From Candidatus Methanoperedenaceae archaeon (lineage in GTDB: Archaea > Halobacteriota > Methanosarcinia > Methanosarcinales > Methanoperedenaceae), in assembly GCA_963753595.1 (NCBI GenBank), contig CAVWCX010000006.1:1-64000 (forward strand): a stretch of DNA of 64,000 nucleotides. Direction: 5' to 3'. Below the pieces are notes generated by a model that was not told the DNA's origin, did no database searches, and saw only the letters and a program-made list of their open reading frames with translations. Made by a program: the position numbers and the translations under genes. Of this stretch, positions 35,737 through 46,824 are shown piece by piece (position 1 is the first letter of the stretch; every line of letters begins with the position of its first letter).

Positions 35737-37943
35737 TAAAAATACCAGATATAATCCAGCTTAATGATTGGGCGCCAATAAAGTTCGTCAGTGCAATGGC
35801 AGCCATCCATCTATCAATGCTTGGAGCTATCGGTCTTGGTATTATAGGTTTAGATATCCCGATTTTAAGACAGATTATTGGTTTTGTTTATCTCACTTTT
35901 ATTCCTGGAATCATCATCTTAAGACTTTTTAGAGTGCATAATTTGGGCGTCTCTGTTACCATTCTTTTTTCCACAGGCCTGAGTGTTTCATTCTTGATGT
36001 TCAGCGGTTTATTTCTGAATTCAATGTTTTCATTTTTAAATATCAAATCTCCTCTTACATCATGGAACGTGGTTATTTTCATGTTTACTCTGTTGATACT
36101 ATTATCCATATTTAGCTACAAAACAGACAAATCTGATAAAAACGAGCTTAAGTATTTGAAAATCTCTCGTCCAGCTTTATTTTTGATTTTATTGCCGATT
36201 TTGAGCATTATTGGTACATATTTTGTCAATTTTCATAATAATAATATTCTGCTCTTCATTTTAATTGTACTAATTGCTTTGATCCCTGTTCTGGTTTTTT
36301 TTAAAAAAATTCCTTGTGAACTGTATCCTCTGGCAGTGGTAGTGATAGCAGTTTCGCTGCTTTTTCACTATTCACTAATTTCCATGTACATAATGGGTAG
36401 TGATATATTCACAGAATATTATGTTTACAAACAAGTTATTTTTAATGCTTACTGGAACCCACAAATGTTTGGTAATGTTGCTGCTATGCTCAGTATTGGG
36501 ATTCTACCCGCAATATATTCGAATTTCTTACAAATAGATGGGGCATGGGTATTTAAGATTGTTTATCCAATTATTTTTTCATTGGTTCCCCTTGGGTTGT
36601 ATTGTGTTTATCGGCTTCAATTAAAGAATGATGACATAGCATTTTATTCTGTTTTCTTTTTCATGTCACTGTATGTTTTTTTTACCGAAATGCTTTCTTT
36701 AGCCAGGCAACAAATTGCAGAGTTTTTCTTTGTTTTGCTCATGTATCTTATGATTCAGGATACGCTTGACAAGAATATTCGAAACATCTTGCTTCTTGTT
36801 TTTGGTGCGTCAATGATAACTTCCCACTATGGACTTTCGTATATTTATCTTGTTTTTATAATTATAATATTCTTATTTTCAATGGATATGATCAGAACGT
36901 TAAAAATCGGAGGATTGAAGGTATCTGAGTTTAATCTGGAAAAAAGGACAATGAAATTTTTTGTGGAGTTTTTTATAGTATTTTTACTATTATGGTATAT
37001 GAATATTTCAGGCTCTTCACCTTTTAATACAATTGTGAAAATAGGCGATAATTTATATGCAAGTATCTTTACTGATTTTTTGAACACTGGCACCCAAGAT
37101 AGAAATCTTCAAATGGCACTGGGCATTGCAGATCCATTAATTTCTTCTTTCGGGAGGCAAATCCATAGAAATTTACAAATTATAACCCAACTTTTTATAA
37201 TTATAGGATTTTTTAAATTAATTATTTATAGGGAGTATGCAAAACTCAAATCAGAGTATTTTTATTTGATCATAGCGTCATTTGTATTTTTATTCATATC
37301 GCTTCTTCCCAATTTAGCAGACAAATTTAATATGTCAAGAATTTATCATATAACGCTCTTCGCACTTTCTCCCCTTTTGATCATTGGGGGAATTTTTCTG
37401 ATCGAAAGATCAATAAAAATAATTAAGATTAAATATAAATTAAATCAAGATATTGTGTTTTTGATTTTGATTTTGGGGATAATGATCCCTTACCTTCTAT
37501 TTAATACTGGTTTTGTATATGAAATAACAAAAGACAAATCCACATCCATCCCCCTGGGAATGGACAGAATGAAAAATGATACTATTACCAAATTCGATAT
37601 TTATAGTATTTATACGCAAGAACAAGATGTTTACAGCGCGAGATGGTATTATAAATATAATGATGGAAATAAAAGAATATACGCAGACAAGGATTCGCAA
37701 GCGCATGTTTTACACAGCTATGGGATGATTTCACAATATAAGATCAATCGCCTATTTATAAAAGGAGATAATAGGGAACGTGGTTTACCTGAGAATTATT
37801 ATGTCTATATGAATAAGTTAAATGTGTGTGAGGATACTTTTGTGTTGAGAAATACATTAATAGTGAATTCATCTTCGGTTTCGTTATCAAATAAATTATT
37901 TAATATATATTCAAATGGTTGCGGAGAAATTTATAGAAAATAA
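35733..37943 (+). CDS. DUF2206-like polytopic membrane protein (possible glycan polymerase/GT-C)
   Basis: Many TM helices; GSDIFTEYY, AMLS, ARQQIAE, SHYG, IYSNG motifs. Confidence 0.75.
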   Translation: MIKIPDIIQLNDWAPIKFVSAMAAIHLSMLGAIGLGIIGLDIPILRQIIGFVYLTFIPGIIILRLFRVHNLGVSVTILFSTGLSVSFLMFSGLFLNSMFSFLNIKSPLTSWNVVIFMFTLLILLSIFSYKTDKSDKNELKYLKISRPALFLILLPILSIIGTYFVNFHNNNILLFILIVLIALIPVLVFFKKIPCELYPLAVVVIAVSLLFHYSLISMYIMGSDIFTEYYVYKQVIFNAYWNPQMFGNVAAMLSIGILPAIYSNFLQIDGAWVFKIVYPIIFSLVPLGLYCVYRLQLKNDDIAFYSVFFFMSLYVFFTEMLSLARQQIAEFFFVLLMYLMIQDTLDKNIRNILLLVFGASMITSHYGLSYIYLVFIIIIFLFSMDMIRTLKIGGLKVSEFNLEKRTMKFFVEFFIVFLLLWYMNISGSSPFNTIVKIGDNLYASIFTDFLNTGTQDRNLQMALGIADPLISSFGRQIHRNLQIITQLFIIIGFFKLIIYREYAKLKSEYFYLIIASFVFLFISLLPNLADKFNMSRIYHITLFALSPLLIIGGIFLIERSIKIIKIKYKLNQDIVFLILILGIMIPYLLFNTGFVYEITKDKSTSIPLGMDRMKNDTITKFDIYSIYTQEQDVYSARWYYKYNDGNKRIYADKDSQAHVLHSYGMISQYKINRLFIKGDNRERGLPENYYVYMNKLNVCEDTFVLRNTLIVNSSSVSLSNKLFNIYSNGCGEIYRK

Positions 37944-37954
37944 GAGGTTTTAGA

Positions 37955-38890
37955 ATGAGATCATTAATAACAGGATGTGCAGGATTTATAGGCTCTCACC
38001 TGACAGAGAAATTGCTGCAAGAGGGACACGTTGTAACAGGCATTGATTGTTTCACGGATTATTATTCCAGAAAGATCAAAGAGAATAACATAAAAAATGC
38101 ACTTGAACATGAAAATTTTACATTCATTGAAGAAGACATCGTGAACATTAGTGAATTCCCCGAAGTAGATTATGTATTCCACCAGGCTGCACAGGCAGGA
38201 GTGAGGGGCTCATGGGGTAAGAATTTTGAGATTTACATCCGGAATAACATCCTTGCGTCACAAAAATTATTAGAATACTACAAAGACAGTAGTCTCAAGA
38301 AATTCGTCTATGCATCTTCTTCATCTATATATGGAAATGTGGATGAACTTCCCATCCTGGAAGACACCCCTAAAAATCCATTTTCCCCTTACGGCGTTAC
38401 GAAATTGGCGGCAGAAAACCTGTGTTCTTTATATTATAAGAACTATGGCGTCCCTACGGTATCGCTTAGATATTTCACAGTCTATGGGCCGAGGCAGCGA
38501 CCAGATATGGGCATTCATAAATTTATTCACGCTGCTCTTAATGGGAATATAATTGAGATTTATGGGGACGGCTCCCAGACACGGGACTTTACATATATAT
38601 CAGATATTGTACAGGCAAATTTGCTCGCTATGAAAAACGGTGCAGGTGGTGAGAGATTAAATATCGGCGGAGGAGGCAGGATCTCAGTAATTGAATTATT
38701 ACAATTAATCCGAAATGCTGTCGGCAAGGAAATAAGAGTAAATCATGTTGAGTCACAGAAAGGGGATGTCCAGGATACATATGCTGATGTGACAAGAGCA
38801 AGGAAAATGATAGGATACGCACCAACTGTAGGAATAGAAGAGGGAATAAAAAGACATGTGGCCACATTTGTTAAATTAGCAAATCACTGA
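37955..38890 (+). CDS. NDP-sugar 4-epimerase (UDP-glucuronate/GalE-like SDR)
   Basis: TGCAGFIG, AAQAGVR, ASSSSIYG, YGVTK, RYFTVYGPRQRPDM. Confidence 0.92.
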   Translation: MRSLITGCAGFIGSHLTEKLLQEGHVVTGIDCFTDYYSRKIKENNIKNALEHENFTFIEEDIVNISEFPEVDYVFHQAAQAGVRGSWGKNFEIYIRNNILASQKLLEYYKDSSLKKFVYASSSSIYGNVDELPILEDTPKNPFSPYGVTKLAAENLCSLYYKNYGVPTVSLRYFTVYGPRQRPDMGIHKFIHAALNGNIIEIYGDGSQTRDFTYISDIVQANLLAMKNGAGGERLNIGGGGRISVIELLQLIRNAVGKEIRVNHVESQKGDVQDTYADVTRARKMIGYAPTVGIEEGIKRHVATFVKLANH

Positions 38891-38899
38891 AACACTACA

Positions 38900-39817
38900 T
38901 TATAAAACCATCGACGGTATCAGACCATGTATCATTGCTTTCAAAAATGATTTAAGAGATCTTAAATCCTTATGATACAGCACAATAATACCTCCTGTAA
39001 ACCACAACTCGAAAAAAAAGAAGTATAATAAAAATAAAATATATTGGTTCCATGTAGCATACCTTTTTACAAACCAGAACTGGTTTCTCGTAAGAAAATA
39101 AATTTTATTTCTATTAATATTAGAGGCAGATATCTTATGCCATATTTTAGCTCCTGGAACAAAAATGGAGATGTATCCAGCTCTGTATCCCCGCATACAC
39201 AAATCATTATCCTCCCAGTAGGCAAAATAGACAGGATCAAATAATCCAATTTTTTTGATCACTTCTTTTCTCAGTAAAATACATGAACCTTCTACATAAT
39301 CAACTTCTTTTATTTCATTGAACTGCCCATTGTCAACCTCATTTAGACCTATATGATAAGTTCTGCCTTTCCAGATATCAAGCTTACCCCCGGCAAAATT
39401 AATAATGTCTTTTTTTCGATTATAATCGTAATAATATACTTTAGGTCCAGCAAATCCAATCCTCGGATCACTCTGTACAACTTTGACCAGTTCATCCAGG
39501 AAATCTGGATCGACTACAGTATCATTATTTAAAAGCAGCACATAATCTGCTCCATTATTTATCGCTGTTCTTATTCCAATATTATTCCCTTCAGCATATC
39601 CCACATTGTTCTTATTTTCGATGATCTCAATATTATGATATCGTGTTTTGAAGTATTCCACAGATCCATCAGTTGAGCCATTATCGACCAGAAGAACCCA
39701 ATAATTGGGGTATGTTATCTGCTTAATGGATTCAAGGCACTCTATGGTATCATCTTTTCTGTTCCAGTTCAAGATAATTATGGCAACTTTTGGATTATAT
39801 ATTATTCCGGTTAACAT
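38900..39817 (-). CDS. glycosyltransferase family 2
   Basis: IIILNWN, VDNGSTD, LLNND, AYWEDND; start 39817 (ATG) or 39841 (TTG). Confidence 0.9.
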   Translation of the reverse strand: MLTGIIYNPKVAIIILNWNRKDDTIECLESIKQITYPNYWVLLVDNGSTDGSVEYFKTRYHNIEIIENKNNVGYAEGNNIGIRTAINNGADYVLLLNNDTVVDPDFLDELVKVVQSDPRIGFAGPKVYYYDYNRKKDIINFAGGKLDIWKGRTYHIGLNEVDNGQFNEIKEVDYVEGSCILLRKEVIKKIGLFDPVYFAYWEDNDLCMRGYRAGYISIFVPGAKIWHKISASNINRNKIYFLTRNQFWFVKRYATWNQYILFLLYFFFFELWFTGGIIVLYHKDLRSLKSFLKAMIHGLIPSMVL

Positions 39818-41021
39818 AGACTTCAATAATATTATCTTCAATACTTTGTATATATCTTTCTATATTATACTTTTCCTGTACTATTTTTCTCCCATTATCA
39901 CCCATTTTTTTTGCAAGGCCGGGATTTTCATATAATTTGATAATTTTTTCTCCCATCTCTAAGGGGTCTTCTGGGGATACAAGGTACCCGGTAATTCCAT
40001 CCTGCAATATTTCTTTCGTTCCACCACTATTTCTTCCAATTACAGGAACTCTGGCAGCCATTGCCTCTATAGTTGCTCTTCCGAATGCTTCATACAATGA
40101 GGTCATTAATAAAACTTTAAAATATGGATATATTTGAAAAATATCATTTCTATGTCCCGTAAAAATTACTTTATCATATAAACCTAATTCTGAGATCAAT
40201 TGTTCTAACTTTTTTTTAAATTCATTGGAATCCCTTCCTATTAAAAGAAGTTTAATATTTGGTATTTTTTGACTGGCTGCTTTAACTGCCAGGATAGCAT
40301 AATCTTGAGCTTTCCTTTCATTAATGTCTCCTATTACAGCAACTAAATAATCTTCTGGATTTATTCCTTTAATATCTGGAATTAAAGTCTGTCCTTCAAA
40401 TACATGAATATCTATTGCATTAGGAACGACTTTTATTTTATTTGAATAATTATCCGAAAATTGATTTTTTACTGCCAGGGAATTCGTAATAATACGATTT
40501 GAAAACTTCATTATGAAATCAAAAAGTAAACTATCTGGAAAGAAAAAATAAAAACCAGGATTATTTTTAAATATCTCTCTTAAATGCCAGATATGGGGGG
40601 TTCTAGTAATAAAGGCTGAAATAGCTCCTGAAAATATTACGGAACTATTGGTGTAAATAATTTTTATTTTTTCTTTTTTAATTATATTGATAAATTTAGG
40701 TGCGGCAAATAATTCCAATATAATGGAGTAAATAAATATTGAAATACTAACTGGTGTCCGAACCCACCTACTAACCGGATCATGAAAAAGCCACCAGGTA
40801 TATTTAACTTTATATGTCTTGATTCCAAGACTTTTCAGTTCTTCTTCGAATGCACCCGATCTGGGAGTAATGATAACTGGACATGGAATAGTTACAATTG
40901 GATCAAATATTTTTCGATCAATATTTTTTAATAATATTAACAAGCTTTTTTCTGCTCCGCCAACCATTAAGGATGTATGGGAGATGAAGAGAACTTTTAT
41001 TGGTTCGTTCTTATTGCACAT
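39795..41021 (-). CDS. glycosyltransferase family 4
   Basis: GGAEKS, WHLRE, SLYEAFGRATIEAMA. Confidence 0.9.
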   Translation of the reverse strand: MCNKNEPIKVLFISHTSLMVGGAEKSLLILLKNIDRKIFDPIVTIPCPVIITPRSGAFEEELKSLGIKTYKVKYTWWLFHDPVSRWVRTPVSISIFIYSIILELFAAPKFINIIKKEKIKIIYTNSSVIFSGAISAFITRTPHIWHLREIFKNNPGFYFFFPDSLLFDFIMKFSNRIITNSLAVKNQFSDNYSNKIKVVPNAIDIHVFEGQTLIPDIKGINPEDYLVAVIGDINERKAQDYAILAVKAASQKIPNIKLLLIGRDSNEFKKKLEQLISELGLYDKVIFTGHRNDIFQIYPYFKVLLMTSLYEAFGRATIEAMAARVPVIGRNSGGTKEILQDGITGYLVSPEDPLEMGEKIIKLYENPGLAKKMGDNGRKIVQEKYNIERYIQSIEDNIIEVYVNRNNI

Positions 41022-41273
41022 TAAATTTCAACTTCTCATTTAAAACTCTTTCATTTTACAACAATTTTATTTATATACCCTATTGTCTTTTATAATCACC
41101 AATAAGATATATCTGTATGTATATGGTTTTATGGGGTATATGCTCATTTATCGATTAAAAGGATAAGCGAAGAGTTTATGAGATAGCTAATACCTATTAA
41201 TAAATACAATAATATTCTATTAGAAGAGAAGCCATCATTTCCGAGTTCAAATTATCTATCACAGAGGAAAAAT

Positions 41274-42608
41274 ATGAAAGACCTAATTGCTAAGATCGAA
41301 AATAAAACTGCTAAAATTGCAGTCATCGGTATGGGATATGTAGGATTGCCACTTGCATTAACTTTTGCAAATGAATATCAGGTGGTTGGATATGATATAA
41401 AAAGTGAAACAATAAATTCCTTGCTGGAAGGGAAATCTCATATAAAGGACGTCAAAGAAGAAAAATTGCTAAAATATCTGGATAAAACTTTCATTCCAAC
41501 ATCTAATCATAATGACCTTGAAAAATGCGATTTTATATTCATTTGTGTTCCAACTCCACTTATGGAAGAAAAGGAACCAGATTTGAGTTTCATAAGAAAT
41601 GCATGTGATACGATATCACTGATCCTAAGAAGAGGCCATTTCGTAGTTTTAGAGAGCACAACTTATCCGGGTACTACAGAAGAATTAGTAGTTCCAATAC
41701 TTGAAAAGAATGGATTAAAAGCCGGCATTGATTTTGGTGTTGCATATTCTCCTGAGAGAGTTGATCCTGGAAGTAATCTTGAACTAGAGAGTATTCCAAA
41801 AATCGTAAGCGGAATTAACCAGGAATGTACGGATATAATAGCAAAATTATATGGAAGTGTCATTACTGATGTCGTTCAGGTAAAAGACTGCAGGACGGCA
41901 GAGGCTACCAAAATTTTCGAGAACATTTTCAGGAATGTTAATATTGCATTGGTAAATGAGTTCGCATTAATATGTGAAAAAATGGACATAAATGTCTGGA
42001 ACGTGATTGATGCTGCAGCTACAAAGCCATATGGATTTATGGCATTTTATCCTGGACCTGGGGTAGGAGGGCACTGTATACCTTTGGATCCCTATTATTT
42101 ATCATATAAAGCAAAAAAATATGGAATAATTCCCAGGTTCATAGAAATGAGCGGAGAAATCAATGATTATATGAAAATTCACACAGTCAATCTGGTATCT
42201 GAAGGATTAAAACAAATAGGAAAAAAAATTTCCAATTCTAATATTGCAGTCTTGGGATTAGCCTATAAGAAAAATATTGATGATACCCGCGAATCTCCAG
42301 TGAAAAAGATCATAGAAGAAATCATGAATTTAGGTGGAAGTATTAAAGTATATGATCCATATGCAAAGTCAATAGGAACTAGATTTGGAAAGATCATCTC
42401 AGAAAAATCATTAGATGACGCAGTGAAAAGTTCGAATTGTATTGTATTTACAGTAGATCATTCGGAGTTTAAAAAAATTGATCTAAAAAGAATAAAACAA
42501 TTGATGGAAAATCCTATTATTGTTGATTGTAAAAACATATTTGATGATGATGGTTCCCTTAATGATTTCATATATTTATGCATAGGTAAACCACTCAATC
42601 GATGTTAA
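41274..42608 (+). CDS. nucleotide-sugar dehydrogenase (UDP-N-acetylhexosamine 6-dehydrogenase, WecC/WbpA-like)
   Basis: GMGYVG, CVPTP, ESTTYPG, SPERVDPG, GVGGHCIP, DTRESP. Confidence 0.92.
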   Translation: MKDLIAKIENKTAKIAVIGMGYVGLPLALTFANEYQVVGYDIKSETINSLLEGKSHIKDVKEEKLLKYLDKTFIPTSNHNDLEKCDFIFICVPTPLMEEKEPDLSFIRNACDTISLILRRGHFVVLESTTYPGTTEELVVPILEKNGLKAGIDFGVAYSPERVDPGSNLELESIPKIVSGINQECTDIIAKLYGSVITDVVQVKDCRTAEATKIFENIFRNVNIALVNEFALICEKMDINVWNVIDAAATKPYGFMAFYPGPGVGGHCIPLDPYYLSYKAKKYGIIPRFIEMSGEINDYMKIHTVNLVSEGLKQIGKKISNSNIAVLGLAYKKNIDDTRESPVKKIIEEIMNLGGSIKVYDPYAKSIGTRFGKIISEKSLDDAVKSSNCIVFTVDHSEFKKIDLKRIKQLMENPIIVDCKNIFDDDGSLNDFIYLCIGKPLNRC

Positions 42609-42688
42609 ATATGGCATTTACTAATGACAATTAAAGTAAAATAGAAGTTACAGTATTAACCCCGGTATATAAATGAAGAGTAGTTAAA

Positions 42689-44182
42689 TTGAATATTAAA
42701 GAAACTATCAGCAAGTTAGCAAAACCGGGTGAGAACCTCTCTCAACGTACGGTCAGAAGTAGTTTTTGGGTATTTACCCTCAGGATAATTTCGCAACTTT
42801 TCGGTCTATTAAAGCTCTTTATTCTTGCGCGAATCCTCGCACCCAATGATTTTGGTTTAATGGGTATCGCATTTTTAACCATGGCAACTTTAGTAACATT
42901 TTCAGAAACTGGGTTTGAATCTGCTTTAATACAAAAGAAAAAGAATATCGAATCTTATCTGGATGTTGCATGGACTATTTTGATCATACGTGGTTTTGTT
43001 CTATTTATTTTGCTCTATTTAATTTCACCTTATGCAGCAATTTTCTTCAATGCTCCAGAAGCAGAATCTATAATTAAAGTAATTGGGCTTTCGCTGCTTC
43101 TTCAAGCATTTAAAAATATTGGAATTATATATTTTATGAAAGAATTGGAGTTCAGGAAGCAGTTTGTTTACCAATTCTCCGGTGTATTCGCCGATTTTAT
43201 TGTGGCGGTTTCTTCTGTTTTTATATTTAGGAATGTTTGGGCAATTGTATTTGGGTTGCTTGCAGGAAATTTAGCACTGCTGGTTGTAAGCTATATAATA
43301 CATCCATATAGACCACATTTAAGTTTAGATATAAAAAAAACAAGGGAACTTAATAATTATGGAAAATGGATATTCGGATCGAGTATTTTAGGTTTTATGC
43401 TGACCCAGGGAGACGATATAATAGTTGGTAAAATCCTTGGTATAAATGCTTTAGGTTTTTACCAAATGGCATACAAAATTTCCAATATGCCTTCAACAGA
43501 AATTGCAAATATACTTATGAATATAACTTTATCATTGTATTCTAAATTACAGGATGAAATTCAAGTATTAAAAGAAACTTTTTTAAAGATACTGCAATTA
43601 ACAAATTTCTTTTCATTTCCAATAGCAGGTTTAATTTTTATTATGTCTTCTGATTTTACGATGATCTTCCTGGGAGAAAAATGGATGCCAATGGTGGCAG
43701 CAATAAAGGTACTGGTTTTGTGGGGGGTAATAAGAGGAATGTTTGGAACCATGATTCCAGTATTTATGGCCATAGGAAAGCCTGCAATAGTAACCAAGCT
43801 TCAGACTGTACAATTAATATTAATGTTTATTTTTATCCTTCCTTTAACTAAAAAGTGGGATATTGTTGGAGCTTCGATGGCAGTTTTTTTGAGTGCTTTT
43901 ATAATGTTTTTTGTGAGGAACCATATTTTAATTATGACTATTAAATGCAGATATTATGAGTTTTACAAATTAACACTCTTCCCTTTGATTACTACTGTTG
44001 TCAGTATGTTATTTACTTTTTACTTTAACTTGTTTTTTGTTTACCAATCTAATATTTACTATTTTGTGGTTTCGATTGGAATTTTTTTGATGGCATATAT
44101 CTTTTCAAATTATATTATAGATAAATATTCAAATTATGGTATGTGGTTAATCTTAAAAGAAAGTTTAAATCGTTTTAGGTGA
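42689..44182 (+). CDS. Wzx flippase (WzxC-like)
   Basis: LARILAPNDFG, ALIQ, LGFYQMAY; about 12-14 TM helices. Confidence 0.9.
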   Translation: MNIKETISKLAKPGENLSQRTVRSSFWVFTLRIISQLFGLLKLFILARILAPNDFGLMGIAFLTMATLVTFSETGFESALIQKKKNIESYLDVAWTILIIRGFVLFILLYLISPYAAIFFNAPEAESIIKVIGLSLLLQAFKNIGIIYFMKELEFRKQFVYQFSGVFADFIVAVSSVFIFRNVWAIVFGLLAGNLALLVVSYIIHPYRPHLSLDIKKTRELNNYGKWIFGSSILGFMLTQGDDIIVGKILGINALGFYQMAYKISNMPSTEIANILMNITLSLYSKLQDEIQVLKETFLKILQLTNFFSFPIAGLIFIMSSDFTMIFLGEKWMPMVAAIKVLVLWGVIRGMFGTMIPVFMAIGKPAIVTKLQTVQLILMFIFILPLTKKWDIVGASMAVFLSAFIMFFVRNHILIMTIKCRYYEFYKLTLFPLITTVVSMLFTFYFNLFFVYQSNIYYFVVSIGIFLMAYIFSNYIIDKYSNYGMWLILKESLNRFR

Positions 44183-44199
44183 GTGGTTGATCAAGAATA

Positions 44200-45270
44200 T
44201 TATTTTAGAAATAATGTATTTAATAGATTTCTTTTTGTTTCACCAATTTTAGCTTTTAAAATAAAATTATATATTATGAGTTTTTGAATATATGTGATCA
44301 TAATAGAGAGTGAAGAAATACAAATAAATTTTAATATAAAATTGTTAACCCATTGAGGAAAAAAAGTGATGAAATATTCCCAGGCGAATAAAAATAAGAT
44401 ATGCCACAGATAAATCCACAAAGAAGAAGAGCTTATGAATGTTGTTGTATTGCTATATATATATTTTATGTATTTATGATTACTCAATGAATATAAAAAC
44501 AAAGATATGCCTATTGCATATAAAAGATAATACATGCGCGGTGGATATTTAAAAAGCTGAGTAGGAATAAAAGCATCAGAATTATAGAAGTAGGCTAATA
44601 AAATAAACAAGACTGTAACTATTGAAATTATTATATTAATAAACTTTTGATTAAGAGTTGGTAAACGCAATCCTAATCCAAACAAAAATCCATATGGGAA
44701 AATATAGAAAACATAATTTTTAATAAAAAAATCTAATAAAAATATATTAGTGTCTTTGTAATAAAAATAACTTATCTCATACAACATATAAAAACTTGAT
44801 AATAAAATAAAATATAGTAAGTTGTTATTTATTCTTCGATTAATTTTTAATAAGAATGGTCCTGTAATCGCTGCTAAAATAAATACCTTAATGATCCAGA
44901 CATATCCTATACCACCTATTAAGACAAAACTATATAAAATATATTTAAATGAAAAGGGATAGTCCAGTCCTTTTATCGAATAAAGTAAGAAATAAAAGAC
45001 AAAAAAGAAAATTAAAAAAGCCCAGGTTGGTAAAAGTAATCTTAGTATTCTTTCCCTTAAATATGAATAAAATGTATAAATTTTTTTTATAGATGTCATT
45101 CCAAAGACAGCACCCGAAATAATTACCATTAATGGAACATCGAAATTTCTTAGCTGAAAAATTAACGGAGGTGGATTTGTATGTGCTAAAATAATACAAA
45201 ATATTCCTATGGTTCTTAAAATATCATATCGAATATCCCTGTTAGGTAAATCCGGATTTTTATAGATCAT
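44200..45270 (-). CDS. acyltransferase family 3 (glycan O-acetyltransferase)
   Basis: DILRTIG..CIILAH, FDVP, RILRL, SLWIYLWH. Confidence 0.85.
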   Translation of the reverse strand: MIYKNPDLPNRDIRYDILRTIGIFCIILAHTNPPPLIFQLRNFDVPLMVIISGAVFGMTSIKKIYTFYSYLRERILRLLLPTWAFLIFFFVFYFLLYSIKGLDYPFSFKYILYSFVLIGGIGYVWIIKVFILAAITGPFLLKINRRINNNLLYFILLSSFYMLYEISYFYYKDTNIFLLDFFIKNYVFYIFPYGFLFGLGLRLPTLNQKFINIIISIVTVLFILLAYFYNSDAFIPTQLFKYPPRMYYLLYAIGISLFLYSLSNHKYIKYIYSNTTTFISSSSLWIYLWHILFLFAWEYFITFFPQWVNNFILKFICISSLSIMITYIQKLIIYNFILKAKIGETKRNLLNTLFLK

Positions 45271-45378
45271 ATGAGATCATATGTTTCCTTATGAGATTGT
45301 TGCTTTTTCAGTACGCCCCTTAGAGTGGACAATTTATGACCATTAGTTAAGGTACTATATATAAATTTAACTTCTTCG

Positions 45379-46697
45379 TGGGTGTAAAATCTTTTGGTGT
45401 TAAATATTTTTTGAAATGTTATTTAGCCAATAATTCTTCCTGATATCCAGATATTTTAAAGCTCCATCTGGTGTTTTGAAGATCCTTTTTAATGAATCAG
45501 GCATAGTAGTTCGATAATAGTTTTCAATGGGATTCGTTGTTCTTGAAACAAACCCATCCCTCATAAAAAGAGTGAGTCTTTCAAAATCATCCTCTATTTT
45601 TTGTATAAATTTATGGATAATTTTTGGTGTTGCATTTGATTTCTCCAACAATCCATTAAGTCTATTGATAGCGATATTCAAGTCGAAAGTTCTGAAAATT
45701 TCCTTAATTTCAGTAAATAATATGCATAATCGAATTTTATTGGTGTTTGAAATGAATTTAGATCTTAATTTTGGAAAAATCTCTTTGCCGATCATTTTAA
45801 AGAGATGAAAAATACAAAGTTGATGGTTGATTTTCAGTTCATCCATTATGCTTTTATATTCTCTTCTGTGATCCGTTGTAATTGCGTGGACTGGTATGCC
45901 AGATATCGCTTTTTCTATGAACGATTTAACTGTATCATATTGAAAATCATTGACGATCAACTCTTTTACTGGCTTATTGAGTATTGAATCAATCAAATTT
46001 ATTCGATAAAATCGCTTCCCATCGATCTTTAAGTATTGCTCGTCATAGCAATAATACCCAGATAAATTCGGTTCTATTGCTTCCGATTTTGGATTCATTT
46101 CAAAAATCCAGTTGTATATTGTTTGATGTGAAGGAGAATGATTGTAGAAAGAGTGAAATATCTTTTTCAAATGTCTGAATGAATTATAACCTGTCTTAAA
46201 GCTTTCACATATGTGATTTTGATAAATCCTGGCATATTGATGTCCTTTTTCTACGATAGCGTCAATGGGTGTGCTGAATTTCTTGTCACATGTTTTGCAA
46301 TAATAACGTCTCACATAAACTGTTTGATGACCAAATTCCGCCAATTTTAAATTGCGTGGATAATATTCCTGTTTTATCACTTTTGAAGAACTACATTCCG
46401 GACAATGGGGATATAGAATCTCAAATCTATTTCCGATATGAAATAATAGTTCCACGGGGTTATTTATATTTCTTGATCTGTTTTCTGATAATCGAGATGC
46501 AATTCCTTCTTTTATCTTGGGAACTTTTGAAATGTAATCGGATAATTTAAGTTGTACTGAAGCAATACAGTTTTCGAAAGTAGATACGATGTTTAGTTGC
46601 ATAAATATATATCTACTTTCATAATATTTAAATCTTTCTATTTTAATCTGTCAATAAAAAATAAATTCTTCTCCAACACCAAACTTTTTGACAGCCC
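45379..46697 (-). mobile_element. IS element (~1.3 kb), family uncertain (ISM1/ISNCY-like)
   Basis: Single transposase; imperfect terminal inverted repeats 45379-45401 vs 46675-46697 (17/23); no clear target duplication seen. Confidence 0.6.
45400..46602 (-). CDS. DDE transposase
   Basis: Zn-ribbon CPEC...CKTC, HTH (SHQTIYNW), YDEQY, TTDH, HQLCIFH, NPIENYY. Confidence 0.85.
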   Translation of the reverse strand: MQLNIVSTFENCIASVQLKLSDYISKVPKIKEGIASRLSENRSRNINNPVELLFHIGNRFEILYPHCPECSSSKVIKQEYYPRNLKLAEFGHQTVYVRRYYCKTCDKKFSTPIDAIVEKGHQYARIYQNHICESFKTGYNSFRHLKKIFHSFYNHSPSHQTIYNWIFEMNPKSEAIEPNLSGYYCYDEQYLKIDGKRFYRINLIDSILNKPVKELIVNDFQYDTVKSFIEKAISGIPVHAITTDHRREYKSIMDELKINHQLCIFHLFKMIGKEIFPKLRSKFISNTNKIRLCILFTEIKEIFRTFDLNIAINRLNGLLEKSNATPKIIHKFIQKIEDDFERLTLFMRDGFVSRTTNPIENYYRTTMPDSLKRIFKTPDGALKYLDIRKNYWLNNISKNI

Positions 46698-46824
46698 CGA
46701 TTGGATTTCTGTAGGGTTCTGAAATATTATGCAGCAACTTGAAAAAAGAGCAATTCCCAAAGGCCTCATCTTCATGGCTGCAGGCATAAGGGAATTGTTG
46801 ATATTTTTACAATTATTTTCTTCT

